20,000 nt of DNA from an uncultured virus (IMG/VR IMGVR_UViG_3300042350_002513) (IMGVR_UViG_3300042350_002513), one strand, 5' to 3'; shown: positions 1 through 6,853, counted from the first letter of the stretch. Notes: generated by a model from the letters alone, not told the origin. Numbers and translations are program-made.

Positions 1-48
1 TTGACATTTTAATTAGCCTTACTATTTTAATTACATGTATTATATATA

Positions 49-390
49 ATGAGGAACAAATTTCAAGTTACAGTTGTGAACCCTAAGACTTGTAGGAAGA
101 AGATTTGTTGTGAGGGGTGCGAACTGTCATATAGCAAAGAAGATTATTTATTATTCTTCACTGTTCGTAAACTTGTTTATTTTAATATGATTGCTGAAGA
201 TGGGAAGCAAATGAAGATTTGTGACTCTTGTTTAGTGTCTCTCGCTTCGATGACTTGCGCGAAATATGATTTACCATATATTACTATTATAATTAAAGGT
301 GAGGAAAATACAAAACAAATAAATATCGAGTATACTGAAGACAAGTTATTCGAAGAGGAGTTAATGAAAGTATTTAAGAAGATTAAGTAG
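49..390 (+). CDS. hypothetical protein, Cys-rich (possible Zn-binding)
   Basis: 113-aa ORF with CEGC and CDSC motifs; TTGACA at 1-6 upstream. Confidence 0.6.
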   Translation: MRNKFQVTVVNPKTCRKKICCEGCELSYSKEDYLLFFTVRKLVYFNMIAEDGKQMKICDSCLVSLASMTCAKYDLPYITIIIKGEENTKQINIEYTEDKLFEEELMKVFKKIK

Positions 391-876
391 TCTATTGTAT
401 TTTTCGCCGTTTCTCTCTTCTCGCGGTGAGTTGATTATTATATATTCCAGCATGTTAATCGCGGAATGGAAATTGTTTCTATTTTTTAGGGAGTTGCCTT
501 CATAAGAAACAATCTTAACATTCCCCGGCACATAGCCCTTATTTGGATCTATCCTATCTAACGATGCTGATCTTTTATTATCTATTCCTGATTTGTATAG
601 GATTTCGTGGCCTAAAATGGGGCAGGTATTATTTTTAATGTTTATTAAATCCCCCAGCGTAAGGTTGAATTCCAGATTTTTCTTTTTTGAACGCTTTTTT
701 GCTTTGCTTAAGATGACTTTTTTGAGATAAACTATCTCGCCTCCATCAACGTTTCCCATCTTTTCTTTAATTTTATTGTATTCTTGGGAGTAGCAACAGG
801 TGTTACATTTGCCTTTTACTCTGTTGAAATCTGTATCTTCTTTGTTAGCCCCGCAGACAGAACATTTGATTAACAT
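361..876 (-). CDS. putative HNH-type (homing) endonuclease with N-terminal Zn ribbon
   Basis: CSVC/CNTC at N-terminus; CPILG...SLDRIDPNKGYVPGNVKIVSYEGNSLK resembles the phage HNH 'SLDRID..KGY..GNV' signature. Confidence 0.75.
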   Translation of the reverse strand: MLIKCSVCGANKEDTDFNRVKGKCNTCCYSQEYNKIKEKMGNVDGGEIVYLKKVILSKAKKRSKKKNLEFNLTLGDLINIKNNTCPILGHEILYKSGIDNKRSASLDRIDPNKGYVPGNVKIVSYEGNSLKNRNNFHSAINMLEYIIINSPREERNGEKYNRLLNLLKYFH

Positions 877-1047
877 TAGATATATCTACACAAGCTATAT
901 CTAAAAAAGGTATTTTTCAGGGGAGGCTCCGGGGATTTTTTGACCCTGCAAAGTTTCTGGGTTCTCTTTTTTGTTTTATTTTTTAAGAAATAGGGGGGTC
1001 TTATATATGGAGATATATATTATTACATAGAGATAGTAAGTATTTAT

Positions 1048-1126
1048 TAAATTAGGGGCAGAATGAATAGACTTCTTTAATAGGTATATTAAAAAACAAA
1101 TGGTTTAATAAATTAGGGCAGAATGA
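1048..1126 (+). repeat. imperfect direct repeat TAAATTAGGG(G)CAGAATGA x2
   Basis: copies at 1048-1066 and 1109-1126 in a non-coding AT-rich spacer. Confidence 0.7.
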
Positions 1127-1213
1127 TTTTTAGACCCCCCCGCCCCTGTATTTGAGAAACGTCGGGCATTATTTCGAAAAATGGGGGGGAGTGTCAAGAC
1201 AGAATCAGGGCAC

Positions 1214-1239
1214 AAAAAACCCCGCCGTGTGGGCGGGGT
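1214..1239 (-). terminator. intrinsic terminator of 1248-1682 gene
   Basis: A6-CCCCGCC-gtgtg-GGCGGGG just beyond the stop codon. Confidence 0.8.
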
Positions 1240-1247
1240 CGCGTTGG

Positions 1248-1682
1248 CTATTCTACGTTCGCCACGCTGTCAAGCCTGAAAAGCAGGAACTCGGGATCGT
1301 CCTTGTCGGGAGTGTATTCCCGGATCGTGGCGATTTCTTCGGGAGTGGCTTCCCGTCCGTCCACAAGGAATCGGATCGTCCTTTGGGCGTTGCTTGGCAA
1401 GCCCACAAGGTAAAGGTTCCCGTCCGTCTTATGGCGAGCCACGCCGTCCTTGACCCATTCCCACCAAGTCGGCTTTCCGACAGGCTCCCGTCCGTCCTTT
1501 TCCAAGCGGCGACCGTAGGAACCAAGCCCCGCCACGTTGACGACGACCCTGTGATCCCTTGTGACCCTTCCCGTCAAGGGATTGAGGGGAACGCCAGACC
1601 TGCCGCCCTTGTTCATTTTATGCTCGCCCTGAATCAGGATCGTGGCGACTTGACCGGCCCGGATGTTTTCGATGTTGATCAT
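1248..1682 (-). CDS. hypothetical protein, GC-rich paralog A (144 aa)
   Basis: start moved to ATG 1682 (MINIENIRAGQ) because it aligns with the N-terminus of paralog 2110-2538. Confidence 0.85.
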   Translation of the reverse strand: MINIENIRAGQVATILIQGEHKMNKGGRSGVPLNPLTGRVTRDHRVVVNVAGLGSYGRRLEKDGREPVGKPTWWEWVKDGVARHKTDGNLYLVGLPSNAQRTIRFLVDGREATPEEIATIREYTPDKDDPEFLLFRLDSVANVE

Positions 1683-1734
1683 GCTGTGTTGCGTTTTTAG
1701 TTGGTGATCACAAGCGTCTCGCTTGCTTGACCTG

Positions 1735-1762
1735 AAGTTACTAAAGGCAAAGGACATTGCAA
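1735..1762 (-). promoter_or_regulatory. sigma70-type promoter for paralog A
   Basis: TTGCAA-N16-TAACTT; same -10 as promoters at 5406 and 6325. Confidence 0.55.
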
Positions 1763-1801
1763 CGGAAAAGTGCGATTGTCACACAAAAGTAACAAATGCG
1801 T

Positions 1802-1987
1802 TTGGCACGGTCCATGCTCCCCAGCACGTTTCATGCCAAGTCTAAGTTGGCACACTTTTTGCTCCCCAGCAAGTCCTATGCCAAGTCCGTCCAAACGATA
1901 GTTTTCCAATCTGGGGTCCCCAATTCCGAAAACTATCAAATCCCCATAGTTGGCATGGTTTCTGCTCCCCAGCAAGGGTCGTGCCAA
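1802..1987. repeat. three 38-bp palindromes, each two face-to-face sigma54-like -24/-12 boxes joined by CCCC
   Basis: TTGGCA-N7-TGCT-CCCC-AGCA-N7-TGCCAA at 1802-1839, 1847-1884, 1950-1987. Confidence 0.8.
1898..1936. repeat. 39-bp cassette-boundary dyad site #1
   Basis: ATAGTTTT CCAATCT GGGGTCCCC AATTCCG AAAACTAT. Confidence 0.92.
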
Positions 1988-2109
1988 GTGCCCGTTAACG
2001 TAGAAAATTAAAGTAGATTTAGTTCTTGTATATATATAAGTATATAGTAAATTGGCATAGTCAGTTTGGTTCTTATATAAATACAACGTCACTATATAAA
2101 TACAACATC

Positions 2110-2538
2110 ATGATCAATATAAATACAATACGCGCTGGTCAGATCGCTACTATACTACTAGAAGGCGAGTATAAATTAAACACTGGTGGCCGTAGTGGTA
2201 TACCACTAAATATATACAAAGGCCGTGTCACTAGAAAGTTCCGTTTTACTATATCGTTGGCGGGTGAAGAAACCTATTATAATATCAATCCCGATGCTAT
2301 TGGTAAACCCACTTGGTTTGAGTTTATCAAAGACGGCGTAGTGAGAAACAAGAAAACCGGCCAATTGTATTTGGCTGGCATTCCTCATAACAACAAGAAC
2401 AACAAGTTTGATTTATATATAGACGGTCGTCCTATTACTAAAGAAGAATACGACTATATTCAACAATATCGCCAAGATAAAGAAGAATGCAAGTTCCTCA
2501 CTATGTCTGTTGATAGTGTAGTAAATGTCGAAGACTGA
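2110..2538 (+). CDS. hypothetical protein, AT-rich paralog B (142 aa)
   Basis: MININTIRAGQIATILLEGE...GKPTW...DSVVNVED aligns end to end with 1248-1682. Confidence 0.85.
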   Translation: MININTIRAGQIATILLEGEYKLNTGGRSGIPLNIYKGRVTRKFRFTISLAGEETYYNINPDAIGKPTWFEFIKDGVVRNKKTGQLYLAGIPHNNKNNKFDLYIDGRPITKEEYDYIQQYRQDKEECKFLTMSVDSVVNVED

Positions 2539-2592
2539 TATATAAACAGTGGGGCGCGAATACTATAAACGCGCATTTAATACTAAAACACT

Positions 2593-2790
2593 ATGAATGC
2601 TAATAAAATAGGTGTTATGGAAATGATTGATATACGAATTGCTATTCAAGCAGAGATAGACAAATGTAATACGCTTATAGCAGAGTGTGACAAAGGTAAT
2701 TACAATAAGGACATCTTTGTTGATAAAAGAGATAGCCTTACTAGAGGTCTAGCTAAATTGAATAAGCAATACTATGATTTCATGCTATGA
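2593..2790 (+). CDS. small hypothetical protein (65 aa)
   Basis: ORF between paralog B and terminator; weak resemblance to 8285-8473 (E..D/E.R.A). Confidence 0.65.
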   Translation: MNANKIGVMEMIDIRIAIQAEIDKCNTLIAECDKGNYNKDIFVDKRDSLTRGLAKLNKQYYDFML

Positions 2791-2846
2791 TAATACTACT
2801 TCTTGTTGTCGTGTTAATAGGCATGACTAGATAAGCCCTTAATGAC

Positions 2847-2880
2847 AAACCCTCTGTAGTAATACAGGGGGTTTCTTGTT
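2847..2880 (+). terminator. intrinsic terminator
   Basis: AAACCCTCTGTA-gtaa-TACAGGGGGTTT followed by T-rich tail. Confidence 0.75.
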
Positions 2881-2905
2881 TATAAATAGTTGTTTATAAA
2901 TAGCG

Positions 2906-2944
2906 ATAGTTTTTGATTTTGGACACCCCGAATCCAGAAACTAT
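2906..2944. repeat. 39-bp cassette-boundary dyad site #2
   Basis: ATAGTTTT TGATTTT GGACACCCC GAATCCA GAAACTAT. Confidence 0.92.
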
Positions 2945-3017
2945 CAAATCAGTGATAAATCACTAGTACTACTATTATTTGGCATTTATTTGTTTAATAT
3001 TTATTTAATATTTGCAC

Positions 3018-3048
3018 AAAAAAACCCCACTGTTTATCACAGCGGGGT
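3018..3048 (-). terminator. intrinsic terminator
   Basis: A7-CCCCACTGT-ttatc-ACAGCGGGG. Confidence 0.75.
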
Positions 3049-3066
3049 ATTGTATTTGTTTAGTGT

Positions 3067-3483
3067 TTATTCATAATGTGGGCGAGGCTCCGCGCTATTG
3101 TCGGATTCGCCGCGCACCTGTTCGATGGTCACCCACAGTTCGCCGCCATCGTTCCATCCTGTGGGGATGTAGCCCTCATCGTGGTACGCCGTGTCACATT
3201 CCTCGCCCGGAAGCGCGGCCATCGCACGATACCGCGCAGGGGCTTCCTCGCGGTTCTCGCGCTCCACTTCCGCCTTGGCCTTTTCAAGCCAAGCCTCGGC
3301 CCCCTCCGTGGTGGGGAAGTAAATTGACCCCTCCAGCGTATTCCTATCGTACCACCAGCCACCTTCCTCGGGTCCACCGTAGTTCTGGCTTCGGCGATAC
3401 ACACTGACCCACGCGCCTTGCGGCACGTTGAAGTCAGGATGGGATTCGATTTTTTCGATCAGCGACTGCATTGTTGTTTTCAT
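3067..3483 (-). CDS. phage-type hypothetical protein (YGGPEEGGWWYD motif), 138 aa
   Basis: GC-rich ORF with a motif recognisable from phage/plasmid hypotheticals; start 7 nt after -10 TATGGT. Confidence 0.8.
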   Translation of the reverse strand: MKTTMQSLIEKIESHPDFNVPQGAWVSVYRRSQNYGGPEEGGWWYDRNTLEGSIYFPTTEGAEAWLEKAKAEVERENREEAPARYRAMAALPGEECDTAYHDEGYIPTGWNDGGELWVTIEQVRGESDNSAEPRPHYE

Positions 3484-3490
3484 CGTCCAC

Positions 3491-3518
3491 ACCATAACAC
3501 CCGCACAAGGGAAAACAA
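3491..3518 (-). promoter_or_regulatory. sigma70-type promoter, near-leaderless
   Basis: TTGTTT-N16-TATGGT-N7-ATG. Confidence 0.5.
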
Positions 3519-3532
3519 GGGCGAAAGTGATT

Positions 3533-3574
3533 TGTCACAGGAATTTAACAATCGCACTTGGCATGGTCCTTGCT
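3533..3574 (+). promoter_or_regulatory. PhoB/OmpR-like direct repeat plus sigma54-like box
   Basis: TGTCACAggaaTTTAACA-N7-TTGGCATGGTCCTTGCT. Confidence 0.55.
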
Positions 3575-3579
3575 TCACC

Positions 3580-3618
3580 ATAGTTTTCCGATTTTGGCAC
3601 CCCAAAAGCAAAAACTAT
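3580..3618. repeat. 39-bp cassette-boundary dyad site #3
   Basis: ATAGTTTT CCGATTT TGGCACCCC AAAAGCA AAAACTAT. Confidence 0.92.
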
Positions 3619-3649
3619 AAAAACTCCGCTATAGTAGTATAACGGAGTT
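3619..3649 (-). terminator. intrinsic terminator abutting site #3
   Basis: A5-CTCCGCTATA-gtag-TATAACGGAG. Confidence 0.7.
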
Positions 3650-3676
3650 ATGTTATTTGTTATCTATTTAACAAAG

Positions 3677-4093
3677 TTAGTCCCATTTTAATGTCCATTC
3701 TTTACCAATAAAGGGACGCATTTCACGCAATTCAAAAGAACTAATACAAGAACTTCCGCACCTAGTCAATTCAGGATTATCATTAGTCTTCCAATAAACA
3801 GTAGATCCATGTATAGAATTAACTATACAAGTACGGGGGCGATAGAAACCAAAATGCAAAAACTTATCTCCCACTTTAATACTATCAGAAAGATCTTTCA
3901 ATCCAAGTGAGTGACAGACAGAAGCTAATCTGCAATTGATCTTATCAAGCTCCAAAGCAATATCACTAGCAGAATGGAAATTAGCATTTGTTATGTTATT
4001 AGCGCAATCGTTGATTTGTTGAATGACAGACTTCACCTCATGCGCGAGCGCGAGGGTGGCGGCGGTAGTGGCGGGGCAGGAGGAGGAACTCAT
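3677..4093 (-). CDS. hypothetical protein (138 aa)
   Basis: start moved to ATG 4093, 9 nt after -10; the longer ORF would overlap the promoter and site #4. Confidence 0.7.
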   Translation of the reverse strand: MSSSSCPATTAATLALAHEVKSVIQQINDCANNITNANFHSASDIALELDKINCRLASVCHSLGLKDLSDSIKVGDKFLHFGFYRPRTCIVNSIHGSTVYWKTNDNPELTRCGSSCISSFELREMRPFIGKEWTLKWD

Positions 4094-4102
4094 GGTGCCC
4101 AA

Positions 4103-4130
4103 AGGGTAGCTGTCGGGAATGAGATTGCAA
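4103..4130 (-). promoter_or_regulatory. sigma70-type promoter, near-leaderless
   Basis: TTGCAA-N16-TACCCT-N9-ATG; shares TTGCAATCTCAT with promoter at 10953-10980. Confidence 0.55.
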
Positions 4131-4139
4131 ATCAATTTG

Positions 4140-4178
4140 ATAGTTTTTCTTTTTGACCTGCCCAAAAGCGAAAACTAT
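4140..4178. repeat. 39-bp cassette-boundary dyad site #4
   Basis: ATAGTTTT TCTTTTT GACCTGCCC AAAAGCG AAAACTAT. Confidence 0.88.
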
Positions 4179-4179
4179 G

Positions 4180-4210
4180 AAAAAACCCCGCTGTACTAAT
4201 ACAACGGGGC
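4180..4210 (-). terminator. intrinsic terminator abutting site #4
   Basis: A6-CCCCGCTGTA-ctaa-TACAACGGGG. Confidence 0.75.
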
Positions 4211-4228
4211 TGTTTATTTATCACTATT

Positions 4229-4432
4229 TCACCAATCAGAATCTTGCCCAGTGGGGTCTTCGTCCCACCCGCGCTGCCACTCAGAATGGCAGGGTTGGCA
4301 AACCGCGCTCCGTGCCTTCGGGGGCATCAAAACGCTGCAACGGGCGCAATGGAAACGCTCTGCGCCGTTTTCGTCGATGACGGGGCAACCGCCAGCTTCG
4401 TGCCCACAACAAGGGAAGTCTTCGCAAGCCAT
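4229..4432 (-). CDS. small Cys-rich hypothetical protein (CEDxPCCG motif, two CxxC)
   Basis: MACEDFPCCGH...CARC...CQPC; fits between promoter and terminator. Confidence 0.75.
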   Translation of the reverse strand: MACEDFPCCGHEAGGCPVIDENGAERFHCARCSVLMPPKARSAVCQPCHSEWQRGWDEDPTGQDSDW

Positions 4433-4517
4433 AATTTTGTATTGATTTTTTAATTGATTCTAACCGTCGCGCAGATTGTCGCTGACTTTTCATCTCAAAT
4501 CAACGGCAAAAATCATT

Positions 4518-4559
4518 TGTCACCAGAATTTAACAATTGGCTTTGGCATGAGATTTGCT
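4518..4559 (+). promoter_or_regulatory. PhoB/OmpR-like direct repeat plus sigma54-like box
   Basis: TGTCACCagaaTTTAACA-N7-TTGGCATGAGATTTGCT. Confidence 0.55.
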
Positions 4560-4564
4560 TCGGG

Positions 4565-4603
4565 ATAGTTTCTGAAATCGGGCACCCCAGATCCAAAAAC
4601 TAT
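4565..4603. repeat. 39-bp cassette-boundary dyad site #5
   Basis: ATAGTTTC TGAAATC GGGCACCCC AGATCCA AAAACTAT. Confidence 0.92.
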
Positions 4604-4688
4604 GAAATAGTGATAAATCAGTGATAAATCACTATTCTTTATTTATATTTGGTTATTATTTGCAGAACATTTGATTAATATTTGACAC

Positions 4689-4718
4689 AAAAAAACCCGC
4701 CGTATTACTACAGCGGGT
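4689..4718 (-). terminator. intrinsic terminator
   Basis: A7-CCCGCCGTA-ttac-TACAGCGGG. Confidence 0.75.
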
Positions 4719-4735
4719 CTCGTATTGTTATTGAA

Positions 4736-4993
4736 TTATGGTTCGTTGATGTATTGATTCCATTTATCAATAGCGTTTGTCAGAATGTATTCGTCAATCT
4801 CAGTGATAGAATCAGCATCAAACACTGATTTATCATAAGCAACGATACTGACATACTGTTGGCGAGTTTCGAGATCATAATCAAATATCACTTCAACAGC
4901 AATATCAGAACCAAACACATTAATTTTGGAGTTACAAACACTGAGATTCCCTTTGTTTTTAAGGGTTCCGTTTACAATAGGAATGAGATGCAT
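4736..4993 (-). CDS. hypothetical protein (85 aa)
   Basis: ORF just upstream of terminator; second gene of the cassette. Confidence 0.65.
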   Translation of the reverse strand: MHLIPIVNGTLKNKGNLSVCNSKINVFGSDIAVEVIFDYDLETRQQYVSIVAYDKSVFDADSITEIDEYILTNAIDKWNQYINEP

Positions 4994-5001
4994 ATGATTT
5001 A

Positions 5002-5199
5002 TCAGAAGCGGCTGAGATGCAATTCGTACAATTCCTGAAAGTATAAATCAGTGATACTATCACACTCAGCTTCTGTTAAATCGCGATTCAATTGTTTATG
5101 AAAAGCGGAATCGACATAAGCATTGCAGCTACCGGGATTAATGATAATAACTTCCTCTAAATCACTAAACTTGATTGTGGTTTTTGTATTAGTACTCAT
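5002..5199 (-). CDS. hypothetical acidic protein (65 aa)
   Basis: start moved to ATG 5199 (MSTNTKTT); the longer ORF crosses site #6. Confidence 0.65.
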   Translation of the reverse strand: MSTNTKTTIKFSDLEEVIIINPGSCNAYVDSAFHKQLNRDLTEAECDSITDLYFQELYELHLSRF

Positions 5200-5294
5200 G
5201 TTGTGTTTATAAATAAGAACAGTCCGACACTGAAGCTTACCACGCCCACGGAAGGAGTAAACAGGTATTTTTGACCAATTTTGATACCTAATCG

Positions 5295-5333
5295 ATAGTT
5301 TTCCGTTTTGGGCTGCCCAGATCCAAAAACTAT
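5295..5333. repeat. 39-bp cassette-boundary dyad site #6
   Basis: ATAGTTTT CCGTTTT GGGCTGCCC AGATCCA AAAACTAT. Confidence 0.92.
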
Positions 5334-5405
5334 GCCGAGAGCATAGGCGACAAACCCTGTCAAGCACTTTATTTGCACTTTATTTGCGTCAAATTGGAAT
5401 ATTTT

Positions 5406-5433
5406 TTGACAACCGCCAGCGATCTGATAACTT
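5406..5433 (+). promoter_or_regulatory. sigma70-type promoter, near-leaderless
   Basis: TTGACA-N16-TAACTT-N9-ATG. Confidence 0.7.
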
Positions 5434-5442
5434 GTCCCCGTC

Positions 5443-5721
5443 ATGAATCAACACCAACACATCGACACCGCCAGCGACCTCCGCGACCTCATCGCCATTG
5501 CGCCCACGGAGGAAACTCCCGTCGCCGAAGTCCCCACAACCCAAGTGCAAGTCAGTCAAGACATTTTTCTGGAAATGCGCGTCCAGCTTATGGCCTATCG
5601 CTCCGACGTTCGCTACTTCATGAACGGCATCATCGGCGAAGAAGAGAAGAAGAAAACCATTGACAAGTTGAACCAAGTCCTTGAAGACTCGGCTTGGGGA
5701 AAAGTCAAGATGATTTACTGA
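5443..5721 (+). CDS. hypothetical protein (92 aa)
   Basis: ORF bracketed by promoter and UUCG hairpin. Confidence 0.75.
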   Translation: MNQHQHIDTASDLRDLIAIAPTEETPVAEVPTTQVQVSQDIFLEMRVQLMAYRSDVRYFMNGIIGEEEKKKTIDKLNQVLEDSAWGKVKMIY

Positions 5722-5730
5722 AAAAACTCA

Positions 5731-5750
5731 CCCCGCTTCGGCGGGGCTTC
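5731..5750 (+). terminator. GC hairpin/terminator abutting site #7
   Basis: CCCCGC-TTCG-GCGGGG; weak U tract. Confidence 0.65.
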
Positions 5751-5789
5751 ATAGTTTCCAGAACGGGGCACCCCAGACGCAAAAACTAT
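5751..5789. repeat. 39-bp cassette-boundary dyad site #7
   Basis: ATAGTTTC CAGAACG GGGCACCCC AGACGCA AAAACTAT. Confidence 0.92.
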
Positions 5790-5830
5790 CCCCTTCGCTC
5801 CCGCGAAGAAAAAGATTTTTGGTTTTTTAT

Positions 5831-5858
5831 TTGACTCTTTCGGGCCAAAGTTTAATCT
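5831..5858 (+). promoter_or_regulatory. sigma70-type promoter, near-leaderless
   Basis: TTGACT-N16-TAATCT-N9-ATG. Confidence 0.7.
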
Positions 5859-5867
5859 GTAGGGGTC

Positions 5868-6068
5868 ATGAGCAAAACGATTGAATTTTACAACCGCGAA
5901 GTCTACGGCAACCTGCGCGAGTACGTTGCCAACGAAGGTGACGCAAACATCATTTACCGCTTGACGGGAAAGAAAACCATCACTAGTGTGGAGCGCGAGT
6001 TGATTCGTGACCTCTCCGGTGGTCTGATTCATTTCAAACAAATTTTGCCCCCTTCGAAGTCGAAGTGA
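5868..6068 (+). CDS. phage-type hypothetical protein (VYGN...LTGKKT motif), 66 aa
   Basis: ORF directly after promoter. Confidence 0.75.
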   Translation: MSKTIEFYNREVYGNLREYVANEGDANIIYRLTGKKTITSVERELIRDLSGGLIHFKQILPPSKSK

Positions 6069-6084
6069 GGGTGGGTTAAGGCAC

Positions 6085-6262
6085 AAGCGGCATGGTACGC
6101 AGGGAGACCCTGCGGCGGGTTAGTTGAACCTTTAGAAACACCGCTTTTTAGATTGGGTTCGCGTCAAATGGTACGCAGGGAGATCCTGCGGCAGGGTTTT
6201 TTCTAAGAGAATAAGACTTGTTCTCTTTTGGGTTTTGACCCTCATGAAACAGACGCGAATCC
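6085..6262 (+). ncRNA. tandem pair of putative three-way-junction RNA motifs
   Basis: units 6085-6146 and 6155-6262 share ATGGTA-CGCAGGGAGAYCCTGCG-GC...GAAACA with different but base-pairing closing stems; strand inferred from cassette direction. Confidence 0.55.
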
Positions 6263-6267
6263 TTTCG

Positions 6268-6306
6268 ATAGTTTCGGGCAATGGGCACCCCCAACAAAAA
6301 AACTAT
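6268..6306. repeat. 39-bp cassette-boundary dyad site #8
   Basis: ATAGTTTC GGGCAAT GGGCACCCC CAACAAA AAAACTAT. Confidence 0.92.
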
Positions 6307-6324
6307 GAAAAACGATTTTTCTTT

Positions 6325-6353
6325 TTGACAATCAACGCCGATTCCATTAACTT
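6325..6353 (+). promoter_or_regulatory. sigma70-type promoter, leaderless
   Basis: TTGACA-N17-TAACTT-N7-ATG. Confidence 0.7.
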
Positions 6354-6360
6354 GTCCCCG

Positions 6361-6666
6361 ATGAAATTAATGACGAAACAACTCACTGAAAAACTCAAAA
6401 AGGCCGGTTCTGACGGCATGGTCCCCATTTGTAAGCTTTTCACCCCGTGGGGTGCCGTTACTTGGTTGATCACTGGGATCGAAGGTGGCATCCTTTACGG
6501 GTTCGCTGACTTGGGCATGGGTTGCGTTGAATGGGGCGGGATCGCTTCCGTGGAAGAATTGGAAGCAATCAAGGGACCGCTTGGAATGACCATTGAGCGT
6601 GACTTGTACTGGCAACCCAAGGAAGGCGTGAATTACTTTGAACTTGAAACCCTCGCGGCTGTTTAA
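6361..6666 (+). CDS. DUF2958 family protein (101 aa)
   Basis: KLFTPWGAVTWLIT...GFADLGMGCVEWG...ELE...GPLG..IERDLYW; start moved to 6361. Confidence 0.8.
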   Translation: MKLMTKQLTEKLKKAGSDGMVPICKLFTPWGAVTWLITGIEGGILYGFADLGMGCVEWGGIASVEELEAIKGPLGMTIERDLYWQPKEGVNYFELETLAAV

Positions 6667-6668
6667 TT

Positions 6669-6851
6669 ATGAGAGAATCTGTTTATGCTGCCGAGTGTTG
6701 GGCTACTGATAAATCAAAAGAAGAAATCCAATCAGAAATCAATTACTTACAAAACCTTTGGAAGATTAAACACCCAAACCCTTTCCCTAAAAACGCACAC
6801 TATAGTCACATCAGGATTGTAACACTAAAAGAAATCCTTAAGAATAAATAA
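6669..6851 (+). CDS. hypothetical protein (60 aa)
   Basis: tightly packed operon ORF. Confidence 0.6.
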   Translation: MRESVYAAECWATDKSKEEIQSEINYLQNLWKIKHPNPFPKNAHYSHIRIVTLKEILKNK

Positions 6852-6853
6852 AT

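Noticed and set aside
1152..1700. 182-aa + strand ORF
   Set aside because: Antisense shadow of the GC-rich 1248-1682 gene, which has a paralog, promoter and terminator.
6085..6262. Hammerhead ribozyme call for the tandem RNA motif
   Set aside because: GAAAC is present but the CUGANGA core is absent on both strands.
3012..6615. Many overlapping 60-130 aa ORFs in the track (e.g. 3012-3407, 3418-3642, 4153-4380, 5196-5444, 5389-5676, 5715-6086, 6367-6615)
   Set aside because: They are shadows of GC-rich genes or run across promoters, terminators and 39-bp sites; each cassette already has a frame matching its promoter and terminator.
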